A DNA stretch of 64,000 nt from Patescibacteria group bacterium (GCA_028865615.1 JAGWJT010000001.1:1601-65600); one strand, 5' to 3'. Shown: positions 39,567-48,704, numbered from the stretch's first letter. Notes: generated by a model not told the origin, from the sequence alone. A program made the numbers and translations.

Positions 39567-39689
39567 AGAAACTAGCGGACAAGGCCTGACTGACACTTCG
39601 CAGGCGATTCCTAGCAAGGAATCGCCGAGATGTAGCGCGGCCTCTGCAGAGGCCGACGCGTGTCAGGAAGGCCTTGTCCGCTAGTTTCT
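39567..39689. repeat. Branched-hairpin repeat element, copy 5 (covariant)
   Basis: Arms agaaactagcggacaaggcct/aggccttgtccgctagtttct; hairpin 1 changed to ggcgattcc/ggaatcgcc; junctions ttcgca, gaga, tagcgcg kept. Confidence 0.85.
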
Positions 39690-41018
39690 AACTACATCGG
39701 CTCCTAAACTTTGTAATCTTTCCTCCAACCGTTCATAGCCGCGATCGATCAGTCCGATGTTCGTCACGGTCGTCTCTCCCTCGGCGCACAAAGCGGCCAG
39801 GACGACGGCGAAGCCTGCACGGATGTCGAGAGCTTTCATTTCCCTGCCCGCCGGCAAAGCTTTCAATCGCGAGGGCCCGCTTATAGTTATCTCTTGCGAA
39901 CTAACGGTATCTATATCCGCACCCAAAGACTTTAGGTCATCGACATATTTGAACCGCCCTTCGTATATAGTCTCCGTAAGCTTGCTCCTGCCGGAGACTT
40001 GGGTCATATACACCGCTATCATCGGCTGCAAATCGGTTGCGAATCCGGGATACTCCTTGGTCGTGACGTCAAAGGTCTTGAATGAGGAATCGGGCATTGT
40101 ATTGCCACTGACGACTATCGAAGAGTCTGTCGTCTTTATCGGCACACCCGATAACTTCAACAGATCGATGAGCGCACCTAGATGTTCCGGCCTGCAATCA
40201 TCGATCTTCAATTCATCGGCGCACAGTGCGCCTAGTACGAGATAACTGCCGGCCTCTATGCGGTCGGGGATGGCAACATACGGATTCTTAGCGGCCGACT
40301 CTGACGAAAGCAACCTGCCGCCTGTGCCTTCTATCTCAATAGTTGACGTGCCTACGCCTTTTATCTTCGCTCCGCATGCGTTCAGCCATTCGACTACATT
40401 GACTATCTCTGGTTCGCAAGCGCAATTCTCAAGCACAGTCTTGCCTTCCGCCAATACGGCGGCCATCATCAGCGTCTCTGTGGCGCCGACCGATACCTTC
40501 TTGAATATGATGTTTGCGCCCTTTAGGCTTTGGACTTTGGACTTTGGACTTACACTTATGTCATACACCCCATCTTCCTTGGTCATGGCACCCATGGCTT
40601 CGTAACCGCTAATAAATAAATCTATAGGCCTGGCCCCTATGACGCATCCACCCGGTGCCGGAAATGTAGCCTTGCCGAAACGGCCGAGAAGCGGGCCCGT
40701 CAGCACGACCGATGCGCGCATCTTCCCGGCCAGCTCGCCGTCTATATCGGTCGATCGCAAACCGCGGGTATCTATCTCCATTGCGTGGTCTATCTCGCCG
40801 CTATCCTTGGTCCAAGAGACGTCCGCGCCAAGCTTACGCAGTATCTCGGCTTGTATGTGGATATCCTCGGTATGAGGCATATTCTTGAGACGGACCGGCC
40901 CGTCAAATAGAACTGCGGCGGCCATAGCCTTCAAGGCGGCATTCTTGGCACCGTTCACCCGAACGGTTCCTTTGAGCGTCTTCTTGCCTCCAAGCCCTTG
41001 TATAACGAATTTTTCCAT
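39681..41018 (-). CDS. murA: UDP-N-acetylglucosamine 1-carboxyvinyltransferase
   Basis: GAKNA, MRAS, PGGC.IG.RP.D, SVGATE, PDRIEAG, TDLQ, DIRAG, RGYE. Confidence 0.96.
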   Translation of the reverse strand: MEKFVIQGLGGKKTLKGTVRVNGAKNAALKAMAAAVLFDGPVRLKNMPHTEDIHIQAEILRKLGADVSWTKDSGEIDHAMEIDTRGLRSTDIDGELAGKMRASVVLTGPLLGRFGKATFPAPGGCVIGARPIDLFISGYEAMGAMTKEDGVYDISVSPKSKVQSLKGANIIFKKVSVGATETLMMAAVLAEGKTVLENCACEPEIVNVVEWLNACGAKIKGVGTSTIEIEGTGGRLLSSESAAKNPYVAIPDRIEAGSYLVLGALCADELKIDDCRPEHLGALIDLLKLSGVPIKTTDSSIVVSGNTMPDSSFKTFDVTTKEYPGFATDLQPMIAVYMTQVSGRSKLTETIYEGRFKYVDDLKSLGADIDTVSSQEITISGPSRLKALPAGREMKALDIRAGFAVVLAALCAEGETTVTNIGLIDRGYERLEERLQSLGADVVRN

Positions 41019-41035
41019 TGAATTCATCGATCGAT

Positions 41036-41590
41036 TCATGGCCTTGAAGCTATCATAAGCCTGTACCAATATCTATCGCCGAAGAAGCTTGACAACAGGC
41101 GCTGTTCTTCTATACTTCTAGTGTACGGAGACCGACAATCGATCTTCGTAAACACTCTGGCTTCGGCCTCGGGGACCCCTGATTCTGGGGTCCTTGTACT
41201 TTTTATGAGCATATCGATTATATTGGCAGTGAGCGTTGTATATTCAGTTATAGACAGTGTAGAGACCTTGTTTATGAGTCTCTTTGTATCGAATGTTCTG
41301 GCTTGCAATATCAACATGTCGTTAGTGATGTCGTTCAATGAAAATTTGATCCTATAATCGCCGGTCTTGATTTTTGTGGTCAAGGGCACTCCCCAGAAGA
41401 CCTTATCAGTGAACTTTTTCAATACGATAACGGGTCTGCCGAAATCATCCGCGTATGAATCTTGTTCTGAACCGATGTTTACGCCTACGGCGCACCACCA
41501 TATCTCGCGCTCATGAAAATTAACCGCCTGACTTTTGCCGTCAAGCGCTTTCTTGTAAGCGTTCCACCTGTCGAAATCCTTCGTCGCCAC
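41036..41590 (-). CDS. PemK/MazF-family toxin-like protein, no adjacent protein antitoxin
   Basis: KDFD.WN..K, EREIWW...G.NIG.EQ, RPVIVLKK, GVPLTTK, Q.RT.D.KRL; GTG start assumed. Confidence 0.85.
   Translation of the reverse strand: MATKDFDRWNAYKKALDGKSQAVNFHEREIWWCAVGVNIGSEQDSYADDFGRPVIVLKKFTDKVFWGVPLTTKIKTGDYRIKFSLNDITNDMLILQARTFDTKRLINKVSTLSITEYTTLTANIIDMLIKSTRTPESGVPEAEARVFTKIDCRSPYTRSIEEQRLLSSFFGDRYWYRLMIASRP
41089..41116 (+). promoter_or_regulatory. Antisense sigma70 promoter inside the 3' end of the MazF-like ORF
   Basis: TTGACA-16bp-TATACT. Confidence 0.7.
41121..41204 (+). ncRNA. Candidate ~80-nt sRNA antisense to the MazF-like gene
   Basis: Hairpin, GGC-UUCG-GCC tetraloop, ggacccc/ggggtcc terminator followed by T run. 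Confidence 0.55.
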
Positions 41591-41736
41591 CGCGACATTG
41601 TAGCAGAAAATCAATTTCGCAACAAAAAAATAGTTAGAAAAACAACGTCATTTTAACACCGTTGTCAATACTGCCACCTTTCCTCATTCAAGGTATATTC
41701 AAGGCACGGAATACACCAAGCCGATAAATAACAACT

Positions 41737-43659
41737 ATGAACCTCATCACTGTCATACCCATCACCCGCCAGAAAGTGGCACCGACGCTGGCATATTTCA
41801 CCGCTTCGGAAGTGCCCGTGGGGGCGGTGGTGTCGGTGCCTTTGCGGTCAAAGACGATACACGCCATAGTCACCGACACCAGACCGGTCGAAGACTTGAA
41901 AGCCGAGATACGTTCCGCCCCGTTCGAGATACGCAAGCTCGGCAAGGTAAAGGCCGACGCCTTTTTCCCTTCCTCATTCATGCAAGCGGCGGCGGAACTG
42001 GCCGAATATTACGCCACGGCCACTGGCAACATCATCCGCGCCATGGTATCGGAAGCCATACTCGACAGCGCCAACAAGATAGCTCCGCCCCTGCCGCTCC
42101 AAGCCAGCTTCATCACGGCCGCCACGCCGGCCCCGGACGAGACCTACGCCGTGCAAGGCGACGATGCGGACCGTTTGTCGGCATGGAGGAGCCTCATCCG
42201 CCAAGAATTTGCCCGCAAACGATCGGTGGCCATATACGCCCCTACGGCCGAAGACGTTAGGAGTATATATGAATCCCTGGAGAAAGGCATAGAGGGATAT
42301 ATATTCATGCTGCACGGCGGGTTGTCCAAGAAGAGGCTCATCGAGACTTGGGGATCGGCGGCTGATACCGACCACCCGGTGGTCATAGTGGCGGCCGGAA
42401 GCTTCCCTGTCCTGCCAAGGGCGGATATAGATACGATCGTCATCGAACGCGAGAACGGCCGCGGCTGGATATCGGAACGGATGCCGTATATAGACTTGAG
42501 ACACGCTCTTGAAACAGTACACCGCCGGGCCAAACGGACCGTCCATCTGGCTGATGCCCTGCTATCCATCCGATCGCTCCACCGCCTCGACGAGCACGAC
42601 ATCGCTGAAGGTTCGCCGTTCAAATGGCGCTCCATATCGCGGGCGGCCGATGCGCTCATAGACATGAAGCACGAACCCGTCAGGGGCGCGGCCCAACCGG
42701 AAAAAGCCGGCTTCCGCGTGCTTTCACCGGAGCTCGAAGGCTTGATAGCCCGCAATATCGAAGACAACGCCCATATGTTCATAATGGCCGTAAGGCGTGG
42801 TTTGGCTACGGCTACGGTCTGCGACGACTGCGACGCCGTGATCGTATGCAAGTCCTGCTCGGCGCCAGTAGTCCTCCACGCCTCGGCTAACGGCGCGAAC
42901 TTCTTCATGTGCCACAAATGCGGCGAGCGTATGGACGCCGATACGCAATGCGCCAATTGCGGAGGCTGGAGATTGAATCCGTTGGGCGTCGGGACCGATC
43001 GGGTGGCCCAGGCCGTCAAGGAAAGGTTCCCGAAAGCGGATATCATCCGCCTGGACGCCGATCTGGCCAAGACGGCCAAAGAGATGGCCGAGGCCATGAA
43101 GCGATTCATGGCAAAACCAGGTTCGATCCTCGTAGGCACGGAAGCGGCCTTGCTCCGCTTGCCTGAACCGGTGGAGCATGTGGCGGTCGCTTCGTTGGAT
43201 TCCCTGTTCGCTCTGCCCGACTACCGTATAACGGAAAAGATCATGTATGCCATAGTCCGCCTTCGCGCCGCTGCGGATAGGACCGTCCTCATACAGACCC
43301 GCCGTCCGGAAGAAGCCGTCTTCGGCTACGGCCTCAAAGGCAACCTGTCTGATTTCTACCGTTCGGTCCTGGCCGAACGCAAACAGTTCTCGTATCCGCC
43401 GTTCTCGACCCTCATCAAGATAACCCTCGAAGGCAAAAAAGCGGATATCGCCAAGAAGATGGGCGAGCTGCAGTCGGCCATGTCCCCTCGAGAGCTGGAA
43501 GTCTTCCCTGCTTTCACTTCCACGGTGCGTGGCGTTTCGGTCATCCACGGCCTGATCCGCTTGCCGGAACACGACTGGCCGGACGGCGAGCTGGTGCGCT
43601 TCCTGCGCTCTCTGCCGCCTGAAGTAATCATCAAAATAGACCCAGAGAGTTTGCTGTGA
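41737..43659 (+). CDS. priA: Primosomal protein N' (PriA), degenerate helicase motifs
   Basis: N-terminal 3'-binding domain (G..V.VPL), RRG + 4x CxxC, IQT, YPPF; no Walker A GKT. Confidence 0.85.
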   Translation: MNLITVIPITRQKVAPTLAYFTASEVPVGAVVSVPLRSKTIHAIVTDTRPVEDLKAEIRSAPFEIRKLGKVKADAFFPSSFMQAAAELAEYYATATGNIIRAMVSEAILDSANKIAPPLPLQASFITAATPAPDETYAVQGDDADRLSAWRSLIRQEFARKRSVAIYAPTAEDVRSIYESLEKGIEGYIFMLHGGLSKKRLIETWGSAADTDHPVVIVAAGSFPVLPRADIDTIVIERENGRGWISERMPYIDLRHALETVHRRAKRTVHLADALLSIRSLHRLDEHDIAEGSPFKWRSISRAADALIDMKHEPVRGAAQPEKAGFRVLSPELEGLIARNIEDNAHMFIMAVRRGLATATVCDDCDAVIVCKSCSAPVVLHASANGANFFMCHKCGERMDADTQCANCGGWRLNPLGVGTDRVAQAVKERFPKADIIRLDADLAKTAKEMAEAMKRFMAKPGSILVGTEAALLRLPEPVEHVAVASLDSLFALPDYRITEKIMYAIVRLRAAADRTVLIQTRRPEEAVFGYGLKGNLSDFYRSVLAERKQFSYPPFSTLIKITLEGKKADIAKKMGELQSAMSPRELEVFPAFTSTVRGVSVIHGLIRLPEHDWPDGELVRFLRSLPPEVIIKIDPESLL

Positions 43660-43724
43660 TATAACAAATCCAATAAATTGTCAATATATTAAACCTTTCT
43701 GAAAAACGCTAGAATCGAAGCCAC

Positions 43725-44267
43725 ATGAAGGAGAAACGCGAAATAGTCCAACGAGACGCGGCTGTATTGCGAGAAAAGGCCAAGGCGGTGCCCGTGGAAG
43801 AGATAACTTCGCCGCGCATACGCAAAGTCATAGCCGACATGAAGGCCGCCATGCATGCCCAGAAGGATGGCATAGCCATAGCCGCGCCGCAGATAGGCGA
43901 ATCGCTACGCATATTCGTGGTAGCGGGAGACTTGCTGGAAAAGGCCGACCCATCCTACAAGGGCGGCCCCGAAGACCTAGTGTTCATCAACCCCGTCATA
44001 GAGAAGCTGTCGCGCGACAAGAAAGAGATGGAAGAGGGATGCCTATCCGTGCGCTGGCTGTACGGCAAAGTCAATCGTTCCACCCGCGCCTCCATAAAGG
44101 CCTATGACGAGAACGGCAAAAAGATATCGCGCGGCGCCTCAGGCCTCCTGGCTCAAATATTCCAGCACGAGACCGACCACCTCGAAGGCGTCATATTCAC
44201 CGATAAAGCCAGAGAGCTGTGGGAGATGTCGGCGGAGGAGATAGCGGAGTTGCAAAGGAAAGGGTAG
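43725..44267 (+). CDS. def: Peptide deformylase
   Basis: GIAIAAPQIG, EGCLS, QHETDHLEG. Confidence 0.96.
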   Translation: MKEKREIVQRDAAVLREKAKAVPVEEITSPRIRKVIADMKAAMHAQKDGIAIAAPQIGESLRIFVVAGDLLEKADPSYKGGPEDLVFINPVIEKLSRDKKEMEEGCLSVRWLYGKVNRSTRASIKAYDENGKKISRGASGLLAQIFQHETDHLEGVIFTDKARELWEMSAEEIAELQRKG

Positions 44268-44333
44268 ATTCAGGATGCAAGATTCAGGATTCAAGAGAAA
44301 AATTCTTGAATCATGAATCATGAATCATGAATC
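44266..44333. repeat. Inverted 7-mer repeat array (GATTCAR / TGAATCA)
   Basis: agattcaggatgcaagattcaggattcaaga..tcttgaatcatgaatcatgaatcatgaatc. Confidence 0.7.
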
Positions 44334-45207
44334 AACGATAAAGTTCGCTTTCTTCGGCAGTTCGCGATTTTCCGTATTTGTGCTGGACGAACTGGAGAAA
44401 GCCGGGTTGGCGCCGACCATGATAGTCACGACGCCGGACAAGCCCGCCGGCAGAAGATTGAAACTGACGCCGACGCCCGTCAAGGAGTGGGCGGCCGAGC
44501 GTGGCACAAAGACGTTCGCGCCGGCCAAGCTCGACGCCACTTTCGCCGGCGCCCTGAAAAATAACCCGTGCGACGTATTTGTGGTAGCTTCTTACGGGAA
44601 GATGATCCCCGGCTCCATCATCGATATACCGCCGAGGAAGACGCTCAACATCCACCCTTCCCTTTTGCCCAAATATCGCGGCGCCTCCCCGTTGCAATCG
44701 GCGATGTTAGACGACGAAAAGAATACGGGTATCACTATCATGCGCATCAACGAAAAGATGGATGAAGGACCTATAGTGGCGCAAAGGCTAGTTACTATAA
44801 GCCAATGGCCGATTTATGAAGAGTTCGAGGAGGCTATGGCCCGCGAAGGCGGCAGGCTATTGGCTGAGGTCTTGCCCGGATGGGTAAGCGGCCGGTTGGA
44901 AGAAAAGGAGCAGGATCATTCAAGCGCTACCTACACGAAGAAGATCGCCAAAGAAAACGGCTTCTTGGACCTTTCAGCCGACCCGTACCTCAATTTCCGC
45001 AAGATCCAGGCATACCATGAATGGCCCGCGGCATATTTCTTTGCTGTCAGGAAGAACCATGACGGCAGCGACCACGCGAGGATACGCGTCAAAGTGACGG
45101 CCGCCTCATTCAAGGACGGAAAACTGTCTATAGACAGAGTGGTACCGGAGGGCAGTCGGGAAATGCCGTTCGCTGATTTCAGCAAAGGTTACGGTCCGGT
45201 CAGGTGA
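44320..45207 (+). CDS. fmt: Methionyl-tRNA formyltransferase
   Basis: PDKPAGR, NIHPSLLPKYRGASP, MDEGPI. Confidence 0.95.
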   Translation: MNHESTIKFAFFGSSRFSVFVLDELEKAGLAPTMIVTTPDKPAGRRLKLTPTPVKEWAAERGTKTFAPAKLDATFAGALKNNPCDVFVVASYGKMIPGSIIDIPPRKTLNIHPSLLPKYRGASPLQSAMLDDEKNTGITIMRINEKMDEGPIVAQRLVTISQWPIYEEFEEAMAREGGRLLAEVLPGWVSGRLEEKEQDHSSATYTKKIAKENGFLDLSADPYLNFRKIQAYHEWPAAYFFAVRKNHDGSDHARIRVKVTAASFKDGKLSIDRVVPEGSREMPFADFSKGYGPVR

Positions 45208-45233
45208 ACGAGCCGTCTCACAGCCTTCAAGTC

Positions 45234-45398
45234 TCAATAAGTCTGAGCTTCGGCAGTGACGCTTTCCGCGAATGCCTCCGTCTTGTGGACGAAATAATAT
45301 AGCACCACCCAGAAGCACATGACTCCGATCAGGGCGATGCCGAGCCACTGGTTGACGGGCTGACGTAGATCGAAACTGATGAATGACGCTTTGTTCAT
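45234..45398 (-). CDS. 54-aa single-TM protein (not in ORF track)
   Basis: MNKASFISFDLRQPVNQWLGIALIGVMCFWVVLYYFVHK..; starts 3 nt after the HPF stop. Confidence 0.55.
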   Translation of the reverse strand: MNKASFISFDLRQPVNQWLGIALIGVMCFWVVLYYFVHKTEAFAESVTAEAQTY

Positions 45399-45401
45399 GC
45401 G

Positions 45402-45788
45402 TTATATTTTAACATCTTTCGATCCCCAAGGCCACAGGCCTTTGACCATGGCCTTGACCCTGGCGCCGCTACGGCGTACGAGAGACAGCCTCTTGCCTTT
45501 GCTGGCCCTGACTTCCCTGACTATCTCGTCTTTCATGGCGTCTATGGCGGCGTAGAGATCGGAATCTTCCTCGGCGGCATAGAGATCTTTGCCCTTGCCG
45601 ACTATATGTATCTCGGCTCTGAATATGTCGCCTTTCTGATGATGGCCGGATGTCTTGCCGAGCTCCAAGTCGATCATATAAGACGGGTCTCCGCCTAGGA
45701 GCTTCTCCAGCTTGGTCAGTCTCTTGTTGGCGTACTCTGTAATAGCGGGCGTCAGGGTGATACCGGAAGTTTTGATGTTTATATTCAT
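45402..45788 (-). CDS. Ribosome hibernation factor HPF/RaiA
   Basis: MNINIK...I.LTPAI.EY...RL.KL; DLYAAID. Confidence 0.88.
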   Translation of the reverse strand: MNINIKTSGITLTPAITEYANKRLTKLEKLLGGDPSYMIDLELGKTSGHHQKGDIFRAEIHIVGKGKDLYAAEEDSDLYAAIDAMKDEIVREVRASKGKRLSLVRRSGARVKAMVKGLWPWGSKDVKI

Positions 45789-45824
45789 TTGTGGATGAAT
45801 TATACCAATAAATGTGATACGAAT

Positions 45825-45944
45825 CTACGAGTGACGTCGTTCTACGGATAATATTACGGCGCCGACTGCGACGATGGTGCATATGGCGGTTATCAACGGA
45901 TATCGGATCCCGGCGTTCGTTCCCGTGTTTTTGATTTTGGGCAT
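45825..45944 (-). CDS. Possible 39-aa TM peptide
   Basis: MPKIKNTGTNAGIRYPLITAICTIVAVGAVILSVERRHS. Confidence 0.35.
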   Translation of the reverse strand: MPKIKNTGTNAGIRYPLITAICTIVAVGAVILSVERRHS

Positions 45945-46009
45945 ATTATGTGATAGATTTCCCCATGTCAGGTCATTGAAAGACAATATTCCATTCAAGG
46001 AATAAATAT

Positions 46010-46081
46010 TCCGGAGTAGCTCAGCGGTAGAGCGGTCGCCTGTTAAGCGATTGGTCGCTGGTTCGAATCCAGCCTCCGGAG
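46010..46081 (+). tRNA. tRNA-Asn(GTT)
   Basis: tccggag acceptor, gtcgc-ctGTTaa-gcgat anticodon arm, GGTTCGAATCC. Confidence 0.95.
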
Positions 46082-46192
46082 CAATTTTTTCAGCCATATT
46101 TTTCAATGGTTAATTTTGATACCCAACCTGATCGTTCGAAAATCATAAACCGGAGCGAGCCACATGACATTGTAATGTGCTACAATTCACAC

Positions 46193-46453
46193 ATGAACAA
46201 GCGACCTTTATATATGCGCGTCATAATCGTCATCGTCTTGGTCATTGTGGCTGGATTCTCTATCCAGCAATTCTTCATGCTACGGAAAGCGCATAGCACG
46301 TTCGAAAATTATTACAATTTCAGAGGTTGCGTCCAATTGATCGCCACCACTACAGATTCCGGCACATGCAGGACATCTTCCGGTCAGACCATAAAGATTG
46401 TCGAGATCAACAACAAGTGGTACCTAGAGGGAGACGGTCCGGGGATTTGGTAG
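46193..46453 (+). CDS. Small membrane-anchored hypothetical protein
   Basis: TM plus Cys pair; TACAAT 6 nt before ATG. Confidence 0.65.
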   Translation: MNKRPLYMRVIIVIVLVIVAGFSIQQFFMLRKAHSTFENYYNFRGCVQLIATTTDSGTCRTSSGQTIKIVEINNKWYLEGDGPGIW

Positions 46454-46488
46454 ATGGTCGCTTACTGTTCATCTGCTATAATCTATTC

Positions 46489-46794
46489 ATGCCAAAAAAG
46501 ATATCAGGCGGCGTCGTGCATGCACTTCCGGCGGATTTGCGGAAGGCCCTTATGGCTTCCCCGAAGGCGCTAGCGGCATGGGAAGACATAACGCCGTTGG
46601 CGCGCAACGAGTGGATATGTTGGACCATATCGGTCAAGCAGGCTGAGACGCGCGAAGAGCACGTGGAACGAGTGGTATCGGAGCTCATAGAAGGCATGCG
46701 CAGACCATGTTGCTGGCCCGGTTGCATGCATCGGACGGACAAGCCATTGAGCCGATCGCAGAGATTTGTGCTTCGCGCACGAGCTAAGAAGTAA
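46489..46794 (+). CDS. YdeI/OmpD-associated family protein
   Basis: LPADL..AL..A...W..ITPLARNEWI.W....K..ETR..RRPCCWPGC.HR. Confidence 0.85.
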   Translation: MPKKISGGVVHALPADLRKALMASPKALAAWEDITPLARNEWICWTISVKQAETREEHVERVVSELIEGMRRPCCWPGCMHRTDKPLSRSQRFVLRARAKK

Positions 46795-46818
46795 TAGGCG
46801 AAATAAATAAACAGCTAT

Positions 46819-47667
46819 CTATTTATCGCTATTGGCGAGCAACAACGCGCCGATGAGGCCGGCTCTGTCGCCTAGTTCGGCTACTTTCAGCTTCGGTGCC
46901 GTCGGAAAAGATTTTTCGGTCATTGCCTTGAATTTGGGGCGCAATACTTCCACGAAATGTGGAGAATCTACTATGGCACCGCCGCCAATGACCAGCACAT
47001 CCGGCGACCAGGCTGTTACGACGTTAGAAAGACCGGCAGCCATCACATCCGCGATATGATTCAAATCACCGTTATCTGTGATCTCCGACAGTCTTTTTCC
47101 GTATTTTTTCATAATAGCTTTGCCCGACGCCAGATCCTCGAAAGTCGATCCGGTCTTTGCGTCCAATATGGCTTTGCCGGGCTCCGAACCATAATGTTCA
47201 GCGTCCAATTCGCCATTTACCACCCTAGCGCCGCCTATGCCTGTACCGACTGTTATATAGCCTACGATTTTATAGCCTACTCCCGCGCCCTTTACGGCTT
47301 CACCCACGCATGCGGCGGCGGCATCGTTGTTTAAAATCACTCCCGTCGAGGGAAGCGCATCGGCAAAAGCATTGCCTATATCCGCACCATCCCAGCCTTT
47401 CAGATTTTTTGAGCTTAGCACCTTGCCGTCTTCATGAGTGCCAGCCAATGCTACAGATATTAAATTCACTTCCCTACCAGCGGAAACTTCTTTCGCCATT
47501 CTGTCCAAGAGATCTCGTGCCGCCCCAAAATCCTGCGGCGTATTTTCGACAGTTACAGGTCCTATAGTCTCCCCGTCCGCCGAATAAGCCGCCCGCATAT
47601 GCGTACCGCCGATATCAAAAACGACTGTTCCCCTATTCTTGCCGGTATTTTCCACGCCGTCATTCAT
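46819..47667 (-). CDS. ROK family sugar kinase
   Basis: DIGGT, NDA.AA..GE, GTGIGG, E.G, GGG, AGLIGA. Confidence 0.88.
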   Translation of the reverse strand: MNDGVENTGKNRGTVVFDIGGTHMRAAYSADGETIGPVTVENTPQDFGAARDLLDRMAKEVSAGREVNLISVALAGTHEDGKVLSSKNLKGWDGADIGNAFADALPSTGVILNNDAAAACVGEAVKGAGVGYKIVGYITVGTGIGGARVVNGELDAEHYGSEPGKAILDAKTGSTFEDLASGKAIMKKYGKRLSEITDNGDLNHIADVMAAGLSNVVTAWSPDVLVIGGGAIVDSPHFVEVLRPKFKAMTEKSFPTAPKLKVAELGDRAGLIGALLLANSDK

Positions 47668-48629
47668 GGGACTATGAGCTTCTTGAATTCCTCCACCAGG
47701 GCGGTCGAGGCCGGATCCTGGCCGGAAGCCTTGGCCGTGAAGTATGCAGTCCAATGAGATAGATATATAGAGTTAGCAAGCTTTTCGTAGTGGGATTTGC
47801 CATCAAGCGCTACTCCCATAACTTCACCTCCCCTGTCTTTGACCAGTCTCTGCATAACTTCCATGCGTTTTTTTATTTGCGGGCCATCTTCTTCGTCGGT
47901 CATATACATGATTCTAAATCTGTCAGCCCCGCCGGTGAACGACATCATCTCGTTGTGGTTGAGCTCGGAGAAAACGTTCCAGAAGGCCGCCGTCTTGCCT
48001 GTCTCATTCATGGCTATCTTCATGAATTTGGCCGCGAAAGTATTCCTCGATGAGGCATATATGAGCGGTATACTGCCCTTGAAGAAATCAGCCGCTTCCC
48101 TGCCTATCTTTTCCGCTAGTGTCATATCCGCCGATTTGGCTATGTTTTCAAATACTTGCGACTTCTCATGGTCGCCAAAGAAAACAAGCAACGCCATAGC
48201 CATCAAACCCGTGGCCATCCTCGGCTCAATGCCCCAATCGGGCAATACAATGTGCGGCAGGCCATTATCTTTGGCAAAGGTCTCGAGCTTGCCGCCTTTT
48301 GATATGACAGCCAGGGACAAGCCATTCTCCAATGTTGATCTGGCGAAATCTAGCGTCTCCACTGTGTTGCCGGAATAGGAAACAGCTATGTATAACCGCT
48401 CCGAGTCGCCATCTGGCAATATCGGCAAGCCATAATCTTCGTGTATTTTCAGATCTAGCGCGGGATACGCAGACTTCAGGAAATCGGCCGCCAGATGGGA
48501 GCCTCCCATGCCGCCGACCACAAATCGGCTGAATCTAGCGCCTGCGGCAAGCTCTCCGGCATTCTCGACGGTCGGCCGCCAAGCAAACTGGCCGGGCATC
48601 TTCTTTATGTCTTCTGCATATTTGTCCAT
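47664..48629 (-). CDS. Bifunctional phosphoglucose/phosphomannose isomerase (SIS)
   Basis: GMGGS, SYSGNT.ET, PRMA, NE..K, E.NHNE. Confidence 0.88.
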   Translation of the reverse strand: MDKYAEDIKKMPGQFAWRPTVENAGELAAGARFSRFVVGGMGGSHLAADFLKSAYPALDLKIHEDYGLPILPDGDSERLYIAVSYSGNTVETLDFARSTLENGLSLAVISKGGKLETFAKDNGLPHIVLPDWGIEPRMATGLMAMALLVFFGDHEKSQVFENIAKSADMTLAEKIGREAADFFKGSIPLIYASSRNTFAAKFMKIAMNETGKTAAFWNVFSELNHNEMMSFTGGADRFRIMYMTDEEDGPQIKKRMEVMQRLVKDRGGEVMGVALDGKSHYEKLANSIYLSHWTAYFTAKASGQDPASTALVEEFKKLIVP

Positions 48630-48704
48630 AGATGTATGCCTCTCATTATAGACGATTTACTGGCGCCGCTCCAGGTGGTAGAGTGATTGCGCAGACAAGC
48701 AAGC

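Noticed and set aside
42144-43572. Long antisense/alternate-frame ORFs over priA, dnaE (50376-51320), mreB and others
   Set aside because: These are shadow ORFs expected from GC-rich codon usage; none has recognisable motifs.
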